This document shows, piece by piece, positions 38,218 through 51,280 of a stretch of DNA of 64,000 nucleotides. The translations under genes were made by a program, and so were the position numbers. The DNA is from Phoronis australis (lineage: Eukaryota > Animalia > Phoronida), in NCBI GenBank assembly GCA_002633005.1, contig NMRA01000447.1, positions 91,772 through 155,771 on the forward strand, written 5' to 3'. Under the pieces are notes generated by a model that saw only the letters and a program-made list of their open reading frames with translations, did no database searches and was not told the DNA's origin. How positions within the stretch are numbered: the stretch's first letter is position 1; every line of letters begins with the position of its first letter.

Positions 38218-41200
38218 AGTCATCAGACCAGGCTTGATAGTTTGAGTCGCATCATGCAGTCGGCTAAATCACAATCAAGGTCTATATTCGAGAGTTGACT
38301 GTGTTACAGTCTAAAATAAATTGTTTTGGTCACTTACCAAATGCCAACTGAATCTCATATCCAAAGTTATTTAGTTGTGCAAATTAAAAAAAGAATCATC
38401 AAAATCGGACAATGTTTGAGAAATTTACGTATGTTTTTGTCTATGAATTTCATGCATTTTAGCGTTACGAGTGGCCATTTTAAAAATTACAATTTTCAAC
38501 TGTCAACATTAGAAATGAAATTTGTTTTATTAAGTAAGCAACTGCTTTGATATGACTGGGAATAACTAGTCACTTTCAGAATCACTTAGACGAAGTTGTG
38601 CTTAATCATTGAGAAATGGTAAGGTTCATCATAAAACAGGCACTCGTTACGAAATTTGTAAATTCTGTGTTTCTAACCCTCACCTACTGTAAAGAAGGTT
38701 AAAAACTAAAGTTCACACTCTGTAATAAAAAGAACTGCAGAATATGTTAGCCTAGGCAACACAGCAAATTATTCAATATCTAAACATACCAAAAGTTTGG
38801 ATATTGACTGGGTTCTGTGTTGAAAACTAGGCACATAGCACCAATAAAGTGTTTGAAAAATGTAGTTACCTGTCATTTTCTTTTTGTACGAATCATATTG
38901 CAAGAGAAGAAGTTCTCATTATACTGTGTTAAGATATGCAATGTATCATCATCAAGAACAACTTGATCAGCACAGTAATAACTTTTTTTTACTTTAGTAT
39001 GTAATACTTCTTCAATTTGATCAAGAATTTATGAAATTAACAGCTACCTTATGAATTTTAGCATGATAGAAGTGGGCTGTGACCACAAGTTGTAATGTAC
39101 GTACCCTTCTATACAACTACGATGCATTAGGCCATAAATTGTATTTGGTGGTTGTTGTGCAAAAATATTTTATATTACAAACCTGGAATGATGGTACTTT
39201 AAAATAACCCAGTTTTTACAGTTATATGACAATCTTCGTTTTTCACCAAAAGTGGCCACCGAATATGCACCATGATTGTGATTTGCCCGAGTAGCAAACT
39301 GTCACAAGTTCCCAAGCCCCGAAATCCATTCATATTTGAGTACGGAGCAAGATGAGACCCTTTTTAAGTAGTAAGAAACTTAAATCGAAAAAAAATTCTG
39401 ATAGACAGGTTACAACATTTTTTAAAAACAACACCTGACCTTGAACGTCTGTCCACCACACTCATTTCAAATTCAATGTTGACTAAGTGCCATGAATAAA
39501 ATTTGGCAACGATGAGAAGTATTCACCAATAGATATATTGTGTACACTTACTTAATATGTGTGCTGAAAATGCAAGATTGGAAACAAACACAGAGATCAT
39601 CTTTAATACGGTATTGAAAAGCCAGCTGTCATTGAATGCTGTAGGTAATTAGCTGCCTTTCACATATGGATACCAAGTATTGCCAGGCAATTGGTAACAG
39701 TTCAACACAAGGTGTTCCACATGTATATATTCAAATAATAATCAATAGAAACATTGCTGCATCACCTGAGACAAAACCATAACATACACTGGTAACAACA
39801 CCCATAATTGTGAATGATCCCTATTCCCAAATACTAGAATGTGCATCACGTTGGATGACTGCAACCCAAATAATTCTTGTTCTTAAGTTGATAAATTAAA
39901 CATTGTCAAATATTTCTTCTGGAATATACAAAATCAGAACAACTTACACTGTATGGGTTAAAACAACATATTTACAAAATAATGAAGTGTATTACATTTC
40001 CATTCTGACTCCCAATGCTTGTATACCTTTCTAAGTAAGCATATGGAATATAATGCACAATATTACATATGGAACAGTCATCAGTGAGTAGTTATGTTCT
40101 ATGTCATAATAAAATGTGAGTGATTAAGGAACAAAACACATTAGAATAGAAAGCTTTTGAGTTTGTGACAGAGTGCAACTAGGTATGAATTCCACAGGTT
40201 TACTAAAGCTTTACACAACACTACAGGTTAAGAGTCAATAAAGGCTATACAAATGCTAAAAGCTTTGAATTCAAAATCACTTGTCCTATTTCCAAGGTGC
40301 AATTCAGAAATCCAATAATAAACTTACATTACCAGGTCACAAAGGAAAATGAGCATGATTGTAGACACCCTAGCCCTAAAATGTTGATCTGGGCACCCTA
40401 ATTGTAAATAATGTATAGGCCAGACTCCAAGTAATCATCATCTAAACTGTGGCTATATGTAATATCATAATAAAAAAATCATAATTATCGAATGAAAGAT
40501 TTCAATTTGGCACGCTTATTTCATAACTTAAAGCACTATAAAACTGTATTCTGTTCAAGAAGCAAACTTTTGATTTAGACCACTTGCTAGAATTAAGTAG
40601 GTCATGATTTCTGGGTTTGCAGTCAGTTTATTTATTGAGAACATGCCTTGAAATGACCTAAAATTTTACAAACCGAACAGAGACAAATTTCATAATGGTA
40701 AGTGGTCTGCGTATATAAAAGTTGTTTTTTTGTGTTGGAAGGTGGCTTCACAGCAGCTTTAAATTAAAAGCCTGGACACTATTCTGAATGACATTCTGCC
40801 GTCAGTTAAAACTAACACTTATGATTTCAAAATGGTAGGCTCAAGATAATAAATACTGGAGATAACAATGCCCTGCGTGACCTAGGTTTGGAAACCCGCA
40901 AAATTTTTGTCTCTGCCAAAGAATTTCAGATCACACATTCTTGGGTTTTTGCCCAGTTTATCAAATTATCACACTATGTGAGTTGCAGCTAACAGCACAG
41001 CAGTAATGCTTTGTTGGCTTGGAAGGATGAATAGAGTAATACAACCAAGAAAAACTTGCGAACAATCAGACAACAACAAATAACATGTGAAACTCCAGTG
41101 GCAAGAAAACGAGTCACCAAATGTGCCTGACAGATGTTAATGGTATTGTGGGTAAATACGGAGAGACTCGAGCGTCGCTGTGTAATACAGGATGGCCCTA

Positions 41201-44200
41201 TTGCTGGGACATTTGCCTATGACAGCTGACCAGTCACCTGCACATGCTACCAGTTGTACAAATGTACATAACATAAGAGGTAAATCAGTACATCAAATTC
41301 AATCAATACTCTGTGCTCTCCAAGACATATCTCAGAAAGGCCTGCGGGGATTGTACTAACAATTCTTCACTTATATCACATGAAATAAATTTGTGCAATT
41401 TGTCCTTTTTAGATTTTTCAATGACAGATTACCTTGAATTACAAATAACAGCAACTTGCCAAATGCCGTTTTAAGTTAATTATAAATTATAACAAAGTAT
41501 TTCCGATGAAGTTTTACAAAACAAAAGCCTGTTTTCTGCTGTATTGTGTCTCAGCTAATTTGGAGAAGAGCTTCGTAACTGGAGCTAAATATCCATAAAT
41601 ATACTCATATAGTATTTACTAAACATCCATAAATGTACATAGTATATACTTACAAATAACTAATCTCCCACAAGTTCACTACATTTCGAAACTCATTAAG
41701 ATGCGAGCCAAACACTTCATGGCAAAATCCAAGCCACACACCACATGGCAAAATCCAAGCCTATAACCATGAAGATTCCAATATTCAAAATGAGCCTTAG
41801 TTGGCATTCTGATATATTCACACTGCTGTAAGGACAAGCTAGCATACTATAGTGACAGAAATAGTTGGATCACTAAACAAAGATGCCAGCTACCAGGTAA
41901 CACATTCCTTTTACACATGATTCCTATGATGCACCTTCATTATCACATGTAGAGGTGAGATGTCAAACAATATTAATTTCAAGGTTGTGAAGGTCTCTAG
42001 AGAAAAATGTCCAAATTTGGATAACTGCAAACAACTTTACTGTATGCATTGAAATCAAAGGCTTAATAAAAGAACATATTTTTAAACACTAGAAAATCTG
42101 AAGATCTTGATTTGTAACTTTTATCAATTGGTCATTAATTGGGTCAAATGATGTCTTTTCAGTACCATTTTATCACAAAGAAAGGAATATTACAGGTATA
42201 TTACAGGTATATTACCAGCAAAACATCTGTGTCAATACGGTAACAGTTACACTACCAGATTCAAGATGAAATCTCAAAAATGCTGTTAGTTTTCTAAAAT
42301 AAGTCGTTTTGGTTTGATATAAGTTCTCGTTTTTTTTACAAAAGTCATCAAAATCCTATTTCTGATAGGACCTCATGCAAATGTGGGTCAATTTTAAAAT
42401 AAATTTGCCTAATTGCGTGTTCTCGTTACATCACCTACCCCAGATGTGGCAAATCAGATTTATAGATAGAGTACTTTATGCAATGATCTCAATTACTTGA
42501 AATGGGTCGTAACATACAAAAGATAAGTTCATAATAACGATGGAAAGATGCAGCATTAGTGGGTAAACACATTCTACAAATGCTTCGAAAACATAGGGAA
42601 CATAGTTAAGTATCTAAAACTGACAGACAAATTCCTTTAAAGATAACAAACTTCTAATTCTAATTCAAACAAGTTCAACTTCGTTTTTTTTAAACTTTGT
42701 TTTTTAAACTTCGTTTTTTAATTGCGGAAAGTATAAGCCATCTAACATACTAGTAGTGGTAGACCTACCTAGCCACTACCATATGAAATTCTCCAATTTT
42801 GGACAGTCTCTAGAATTTGGTACATGGAAACCGTTGAAAAAAATAAATTTTCTTCATTCTGGAATTCGGGACAAGGGCGATTTTGGCATTCATCATATCT
42901 CTCAAATTACAGTTGTGTTTTCAATCTACAGAGTGGATAATTTTGTAGTCTTTCTGGAGCTTCTAGAATTAGGGACGGCCAATATTGCCTAGTATTTCTA
43001 GAATTAGGGAAAAGCTCCGGTCTTGAGCAAAAAAAAAACAAAATTTTCACCGTGCCAATTTGAGAATTTTTACCATATTTTCTATTGAGAGTCAGAGAAG
43101 GTAGTCACTTACACTCACTCATTTCTCTGATGTTGAATAGAAACTTAGTTGGCCTACCTAGCCACAGATTTGACAGACTTTCTATTCAGAACCACAGCGA
43201 CAAAAACTAGTCACTTAGACTCTCAGTTAGACATTAATTTGATGTTGAGGGGAGAGCAGACTTGTTTGTGAGAAATAAGTTGGCCACACAGGTAGAGTAC
43301 CTTGACTGTAAAAAAATTCTCGCCAAAGTTTGCATGTTCATCTATCATCCTCAATGCAATGGGCCCCATCAGCAGATGTATTTCAGCAAATTAAGCTTTG
43401 CACTGGCTTTACCAAAGTCACAATACTAGTAACTACCTTTTGAGCAATGAGTGACAACCTTGATGTTCAAAAAATCCCTTTACATTTAAGTTATAAATAC
43501 CCGGCAATCTTAGTTGCTTTCTGATAGGTGGTCAATGAAATTGACTGTCGATGTCCATTTCTTTCAATGCACCCGGACTCCAATAGAATATTGATAATTG
43601 TGAGGTCACCTACTTGCCAGGCACGCCAACAGTGGACAACACAGACAAGGGACTTTGTCTACCCCTCTATGTGCCTCCTTTTGGTGTAGCTGGCAGACAG
43701 GTACCTTTACCTCTGAAGGTCACCCTTTGACCTTTGACCCCAAGCACATGTGGAAGGAGACTGTCCTAAAGAAATCGTGATTTTCAGCTGTAGTACTTCA
43801 CCAAAACCTTCAGGAGTACAGGTACAGCACCAAGAGCCTACTGCATTCGTTAATGCACGCAAGCTTTGATGACAATCTGTGTATTAGTGTATTCTTGTCA
43901 TGTTGTGGTCATGTTGTAAAACTTGCAGCCTTGCCAAGTCTCTAGCATTGAGCGGCAGACTCGCACCATAGCTGATCATCTCTCACCCTCACGTAAACAA
44001 ATAGGATTATGTGTAATAAAGTACTTTTTAAAATTTGTGAATGCATAAATTTTGATTTACTTTTTCCAAATTACAACATTGTCATATTGACGGACAGCAT
44101 CATAACTTCACCAACAGTGCCAAACAAGTCATTCTTCTGTGTTGGAGGCAGTTTGGTCACAGAACACTTGCAGAAATTATGAAAGAAATACAAGTGATTA

Positions 44201-44286
44201 TGTCACATTTTCAGTCTGACATGGCCAATACAACCATTGAATAACACATACAGTTATTCAACGCCTGTTAAATAACATTTTGGAGG

Positions 44287-44357
44287 GAACCTGAGGCCAG
44301 ATTTGAACCCGCGTCACTAGTTTCGAGCCGTCGACTTAACCACTGCACCATTCAGCA
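44287..44357 (-). mobile_element. tRNA-derived SINE head / pseudo-tRNA
   Basis: On the minus strand, A box TGGTGCAGTGG and B box GGTTCAAATC; no complete cloverleaf. Confidence 0.55.
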
Positions 44358-45623
44358 TATGACGTCATCGTACGTGAGAATAGAATACTTCAAAATGAGG
44401 ACGCGCAATAATCGCATGTTCAACAAACGGAATTGTACCCGACATTTATACGCTGAGAAAAAAAGACACACAACTTCAATAAAAATGACACTTTCAATTC
44501 AGTAAAATTTGATCAGTCATTTCTCTCACTTGTAAATCATTGATCTCCAGTTTATATGCGGTTAACATGTTGTCGGGATCCTTTAACTTGAACCAGTGGT
44601 AACCTGCTTTAGCAGACAATATTTTCATGGTGTAAGCTTAGCCCGATAGGACGTGTAGTAAGCTAGACTAGTTGCTTAAAACTTATTATATATATTCACT
44701 TTACCTCTACTATGTTTAAATTTTAAATTGACTTGAGTAAAAGCATTATTTTAACAAGAATAACTCCACGTTTCTTAAAAGATCACGACCTCGGGCCTCT
44801 GACATGGAAAGTAGTTACAAAGCCGAGGCGAGCTGAGGTTGACAACCCTGGACTGAGATGACTTGACTCTGACCATGTTAATTGCGCTTGAACTCGGAAT
44901 TACGACTAATCATAAGATTGGGCATGGGTGAACTTGGAATTGTACGTTCACTTTAAAACATTCGGATGAAACTAACATTCATTTCTCCGTTATTATTGGC
45001 CCCACAATCGGTAAAAGTGGAGCAAACAGCTACCTCTTCAAAATGGCTACCAGGACCAAGTTTCACAGAATAACTGACTTTGCCGTTATTCAGTGAAAAC
45101 TGATTCTCGGTAGACATTTTGAATAGAGACCCGTTTACTCCACTTTTATCCCATAATCACCCATTTTTTACTTTACCAGGTTTACCGAAACTTGTGTCAC
45201 AAACTAGGAACAATATGTGAACAGTCAGTGAATTATTGCTTGGTGAATAACATCTCAAATAGTTGAAAAGGCCAACAAAAGCTAGTTAAAATTTACAGTA
45301 GTCTACTTTAATTAGGCTGTGATTTGTTTTAAAGCTCTAGCAGTAGCAATTATAGCTCTAGGCAATGACCATCGCCTCTGTTGGCCCGAAGCAGAGGCGA
45401 TGTAGAGGCTATAGGCGCTCTGTACGCCGGAAGCTTTTCGGCAAATTTTGCCTCGCACCGACTAAACCATCAAAGTCACGTTGTTATAAATACCTTTTGC
45501 GCATAGAGGAACACCTTAGGAGGTTGTCGATGTGTTTAATTCCTTCCAACTCGAACAAATACTCCCGTTATGAAACTTTTTCTTCGAGCAGTCCCTATTT
45601 CAGTTCCCAAAATCGTGAACTCA

Positions 45624-45679
45624 NNNNNNNNNNNNNNNNNNNNNNNNNNNNNNNNNNNNNNNNNNNNNNNNNNNNNNNN
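45624..45679. other. Assembly gap (run of N) in a CpG-richer region that may include the RIM-BP promoter
   Basis: 56 N; the promoter assignment is inference only. Confidence 0.9.
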
Positions 45680-47119
45680 TAGCGAGTAGCTAGTAACAAC
45701 ATCTTATCACTATCAGCAGTAGTTAATCGTCAGCCAAACTGGTTCATATATAACGTTGACTGCTATCCGCTTGGTTTGCGCCAATCGTGAAATACGCCCA
45801 TGGTTGTATGCAGTGGACCGATTGGTGCAGGGTAATTGTTTATCAGTTTATGTTTGGTATTGTATTATAGTGTATCATTAAGCTACGCCATCTTGAAATC
45901 CATGTCTCTGACGACTTGACAGGTACAATACTTTTCAAGAAAGAAATCAACCAAGTATCTAATACGAAGTAATGTCGCTACACATTACAAAGCCTAAATA
46001 TTGAATTTAAAATTGCAGTCAAAGTAACTTCAATCAGGGCGAAATTAAAGAAGGTTACCTGCAAAAACCTTTCATGATTTTGAACCCATCGCGCCAAGTT
46101 GTGTACATTACAAATATCACGTGACCTCACTCGTCGCTAGACCAACAGGAGACGCTGCAGTGCCCAAAACTTGCCCGGCACATGACGGTCTCTCGGCTAA
46201 CGTCACGAAAAAGAAATTCCTCTACAAGCCCAGACTAAAAACTTTGGAAATGTAGTGATTTAATGGCGCAGCGGAGAGCTGATCGTTTTCCCGGTTTAGT
46301 AGTACATTTCAGTGATTGTCTGTGCCACGCAGCCGGTAAAACCCATTAGCAGCACTCCGTGATAATTTCAGCCAAAGCATGCACGCACTCCTGGGGGCTT
46401 CGACAAGCCCCCTCCCCCCTCCCCCATATATGCCGGGCAGGTCGGGGCAACGACCGACCGCCACAAAAAGTCCACTGAGAAGTCACCCCGGCGAAAACGA
46501 GACAATAAAAGTCCACTAAAAAGCCAGAACTACCAAAAATTCGGCGGAAGCACTATTCATAGCTCTAAGAGCCGGTACCCAGATTTTTTTAGTAAAGGTT
46601 CACATTTTCAAAAATTACTGAGAGGCGACTATTCTAGCGGTGTCACGTATGCCGGCTGGGGTGGCTACGACTAGTACGTGACACAACATTCTGGCTTAAA
46701 TAGCAAAACATGAGAAGTTCTGATGGAAGTGATAGCGGTTTGATCCCGATGGAAGTTTTGTAAATAAGCTGAAATCAGAACTAGTTTTGTGTTTCTTCAA
46801 ATAGAAGATTTACTTTGACAAGCGGAATTAAGTGTAATAATTTAGCGATGAATTGCAAATTTCTGTATCAGTCAAAGACGGCGGGTCGGAGTTGTCAAAC
46901 ACTTAATAGAAGCAATAATAAAAATACGATGCAGTTAATGTGTAACAGATTAAGCAACTTTAACAACGCGACTTGGCAAAGAAAACACAATACCCGTTTT
47001 AATTGTATCTTTTTACATGTACTTAATGTTTTACTATTATATTACTATATTATTAGTGCCGTCACTGAAGAGGCCACCCTCTTGTTAGATATTACAATGC
47101 TTATGATAATGTTGTTCCC

Positions 47120-50100
47120 ATGGAGCATGATAATGTTCACCCACTGTTGCCGAGGTAATGTATTGTTTACGACACCTGGTGGAGATAATCGTTGGTTCAC
47201 TAATAAACACGTGCTTGGAGCAAATACATTTATTCAAAAGGTAACTAAAATTCAAAATATGAGCATTACTACAACACTACGTGCAATACTAGTCACAGCA
47301 GAATCTATGATTAACCAGACAACCTAAAGATGTCAGGGTTTACTCGGTAGCATAGTATTAGATGAATAGTTCCAAACATGTTAGCCCACAACAAACATTT
47401 TATCAAGGTTTCCAAATATGGCGCATTTAAAAAGTATAGAGGATTTTACGTTTACGTACAAAAGCAGCAATGAAAAAATAGTCTTGGCAGAGAGACAGCC
47501 TCCCTTGATTAGATTTGTGAGAAATTACAACGACAACAACGTAGCTAAGATAACACTCTACAACCTCCTACAACATTCTTATATTACAAACTTTTGGCAT
47601 GTGTCCAAGCTAGTCGAGAAGTACTTTTTAATTCCATCTCGAATAATATCAAACTAGGCTAAATTAAACAGTAACCCGGTTAGTAACATATCAAAAACAT
47701 AAAATACTACGACCTAATCCAACCTTAAGACTACTTGAAAAACTCGCCTGCTATATCCCAGCTATCAGTGAACTAAACAAAAACTGCGTGCTTGGGTCCA
47801 CAAATGCATATTACCGCCATGTACACAATAGCATTTTTTCGGCAAAGTCACTGTATCGTTCGTTTCTAATGTCCTTTTATCTAAACCTAAAGTTGCTATT
47901 TCTACATTAAATAGTTGTCGCAAACACGAGTGGCCAAGCTGGCCAGCAAAGAATTTTATCATCTAACTGCGGAGCATAATGTTTAAAAAGAACTTCCCTT
48001 CGCAAAAGCAACCGAGTAAAACCTGAATCTACAGTAACCAACTGAAGCCACACACAAGAGCAAAAGAAACACGCCTACGATCGAAAGCAATTAAGATTAT
48101 TGAAGCTACTTTAAATGATACGAGTGCAAGAACTTCTGTTAAAGTATAGTTCGCTTAAATCACACATACCAAAAGTTGTAGTTTCCCACTCACAGAGATG
48201 CATAACATCATTGTGCAACTATCATTGCACAATTCATTTTCTGCTTATCTGATCATTTGAGGAACCACAACTGATAGGCTGCGACTGGTGGTATGTCGAA
48301 CACCAATGGTGCTAAGAATTCGGATTACAGCGTAAATATGAAACTATTAAATCTACGTGCAATTTTGCTCACAGCAGAAATGAACACTAAACAACTACAC
48401 TATCAAACACAAACGTTGTAGTGTTGTACTCAGTAGCAAGGTGATTGAGTGGGGTAACTTCTTCTACAGTTAACATTTTGCCAAGTTCTAGAAAATATAA
48501 CGGAAAATTGTTGGACATGGCTAAAAATACATGTTATGTATTGGCTGTAACGACCGCAAATTTCAACAACAACGAGCTACCCTAAGACAACATTTACTAG
48601 CTATTTCTTAACCCTACCCATTACATACATGTATATTAACATATCATAATCTATAGTCTAGGTATATTACAAACTTTTGACAATACTTGAACCATTCAAA
48701 ATAAAATACTGCATACCGCCACCACGTGCAACGCTGACCTATATAACATAAATGTGTATGGTGAAAATGTGCGACAAACCTAAGGGACTGCTCAATAGTT
48801 ACAATAAAATCAAAGTCCCTGTCTACGTGAAAATTCGTGCAATATGGACTATTTGCCAGCTGATTATTCGTACCAATGAACAAAATCTAGCTTTATCGGC
48901 GTCTACTTATGCATATGTACAGAATAGCACTTTTGTCGTGTTAGAGATTTGGTCGTCACAAAGTACGACACATGTTTATCTAAAACTACCGACTAAGCAA
49001 ATCTAAAATGTTGTCGCGCGGCGTTTGAAACTGCTGAAGTGCTGACAGTGTAGTATAAAAATGACCAGCTCACTAGCGCATGAACTGTTGGAAAAATATT
49101 TCTCTTTGGAATAGCTACTGAGTACAACGTTTATCTACAATATGCACCGAACATAACACTGAACTGCAACACAACTAATGAACCAAGTACGTACATCATG
49201 CTAGCCACCTAATGAAAAAAAAAAACATTCTAAGTAACTAATAAAACATGTAAACTAATCAAAAACTAACAAAATTACAATCTGCTATTTTCTGCAATTC
49301 AAAAAAAAAATAAAATTCTACTAACCCAACACCATTAAAACAAAGTTATTGATTAAGTGCATCGTGTGGTGTTGTTCTCTGAGCGGCCATCTTGTGAGGG
49401 CGGAGCGGCGTATGGCGGGCGGGTCAGACTGCGCTGGTTTTCCTTTGATGTCGAGTCGATGATCCCTTGTAGGGCACGATGTCTGGCAGAGACGAAATGA
49501 AGTTGTACAAGGTGCTGTCTCCCAGGTACCAAGATCTTCATTGGTGAGCCTAGAATTGAGTTGGGAAAACCAAGAAATTGGAAGTGCATTTGTTCGTCTG
49601 GAAAAAAATCGTAAGCCTACTATGACCTTCAAACATTTCACTACCCACAGAAGACCTCGGCGGTAACGGGATGCAAATCGCCACCCTTTTGAAATTACTT
49701 TAGCGGCTTGTTCTGAGCACGAACCATTAAGCTGTAAATGTGAAACGTTGTCTTTTTTGGTAAGTTTTCTACTTGCCGCAAACAGACTATGGTGACGTAG
49801 TGAGCAAGCTTAAGTTCCTAAAGTGCCATCTGGTTAGAGTACCCGGATTTTTTTGCGTTTCCATCTAATAAAGCATTGGTAGAGACCCTTAGAAATTTTT
49901 AGTTGAAGCCACGGTTCAACACATATTGCAATTTGATTTCAGCAACGACACCAGAATCATGTATTAAATTTGATGTTAACAGTGTCTATTCAGCCATCAG
50001 ACACGGTATTCGCATCGCTGGACATGCCCAAAGCGTCAAGACCACACACATACGTGTAGAATTGCCGGCTTTATTAATGTTTGTTTTAAAGAAAGTAATT

Positions 50101-51280
50101 GTAAATGTTCGAAATACATTTCATGCTCAATAAAACATGCAAACTTAACCAAAATTGTCTTCAAATTTTGAAAAAATTTAATGTATCAGGTAAAGGTATG
50201 AATGCGGTACTCACCCACTCACAGCACGTGTAAAGTTGTTAAGAATATCGCCAAACAACGAATTGAACGCCAGTAGAGTGCCAAACCAGCAGCGACTGCA
50301 ATGAATTGAACTCCACCCCCGGCCACTCCTCAAGTCACGCCCACCGGCCACTTGCCGGCTTTGGCTGGCGGCTTCCCTGGAATAAAAGCAAAATCACTCA
50401 TGTTTTGAATATGCCCTTTAAACGAGAATTTCCTCGGCAGAACCAAGTTTTTGTATTTTGTAACGAAAAGTCTTCTAATATGTTATTGAAGTCATTTATG
50501 GAGTGTATAGAATAACAGACAGGCATTTATTGACTTGTGACTTGATGTTCAGTTCCAATGTTTACAAATACTACTACCAGTGATAACGGTGGGTTGGGAA
50601 GTTTACATTTTCTGGCAGTTGGAGAGCTGAACTGCTGCAGCTGGAGAGCAAGCCGGCTCTCCTCATGGCTTTCAGGCACTACTGATCAGTTTTGGTGGAA
50701 ACTACTTTCCAATAAATAGCTGAAGGACTGTTTTTAAGTCGTGCTTAGAATATGTGTATCCTGGAATTTTTCCACTTTGTCTCTCCATACTAGTGAGAAA
50801 GAAATGTGAATAGAACCCTAAGGCTTACCATGTGAAGCTGGAGAAATTCAACGGAAGTTTCTCAAAATCTGTTTAAAGACGATGCTTACAGGGTGTCAAA
50901 CTGCAATTGAAGCAAGCTGGATACATTTCATCCAGAATTCCACTAAAATTTCAAACTGCTAAATTAACTTTGGACGCCCCATTTTACTAAGTGTGCTGGT
51001 TCAAATACAAAAAAGACACGCATGCCGTCAGAATATATAGATCCCTTGGCTTCGCTGATCAGTGATGCATCAATTGGCAGCTCTAGAAAAGCGCAAGAGA
51101 GTGTGTCACAATTTACTTTTGACTGTAAATTTTAACAAGATAAAATGCACATCCACTCACCTCCAGGCTCTCAACCACAACTGACAAGGCTTACGTCCAA
51201 CTCAACCTCGTGGTTTCAATCCATGGGCGACAGATCACGTGGCATCGGATATCATTGACAACTTGAACGAAAAGGTATTT
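47120..51280 (-). other. Duplicated spliced transcription unit, copy A
   Basis: Collinear with 59400-63720. Exon-1 donor GAG|gtgagt (exon ends 51161), exon 2 at 50829-50900, minus-strand AATAAA at 47229-47234. Confidence 0.7.
49321..50831 (-). CDS. Putative orphan small protein, copy A (87 aa): join(50829-50831, 50345-50376, 49321-49549)
   Basis: ATG|gtaagc; ttattccag|32 nt|gtgggc; aattctag|G CTC ACC... Gives MGSRQPKPASGRLTNEDLGTWETAPCTTSFRLCQTSCPTRDHRL... All splice positions are conserved in copy B. No homolog recognised. Confidence 0.45.

Noticed and set aside
46815-47327. 170-aa plus-strand ORF
   Set aside because: It has a non-ATG start, low-complexity AT-rich composition and no domain, and it is not preserved in the paralogous region.
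48644-49006. Paired 84-aa (+) and 76-79-aa (-) ORFs also seen at 60987-61340
   Set aside because: The similarity follows from near-identical DNA. Substitutions in the 84-aa frame are mostly non-synonymous (C/W, N/H, I/N, V/F), and no domain is recognisable.
49526-49543. Plus-strand microexon (ctcccag|GTACCAAGATCTTCATTG|gtgagc) conserved in both copies
   Set aside because: There are no other conserved plus-strand splice sites, whereas the minus strand has a full ordered set. It is probably a coincidence within conserved sequence.
50345-50831. N-myristoylation signal at MGS(R/S)QPK
   Set aside because: Gly2 is present, but Pro at residue 6 violates the PROSITE PS00008 consensus (S/T/A/G/C/N), so it is not claimed.
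47120-51280. snoRNA/miRNA host gene, telomerase RNA, 7SK or snRNA identity for the duplicated unit
   Set aside because: I found no paired C/D boxes or recognisable mature miRNA/snRNA sequence by eye, and the CTAACCC at 49321 is not conserved in copy B. An Rfam scan is still advisable.
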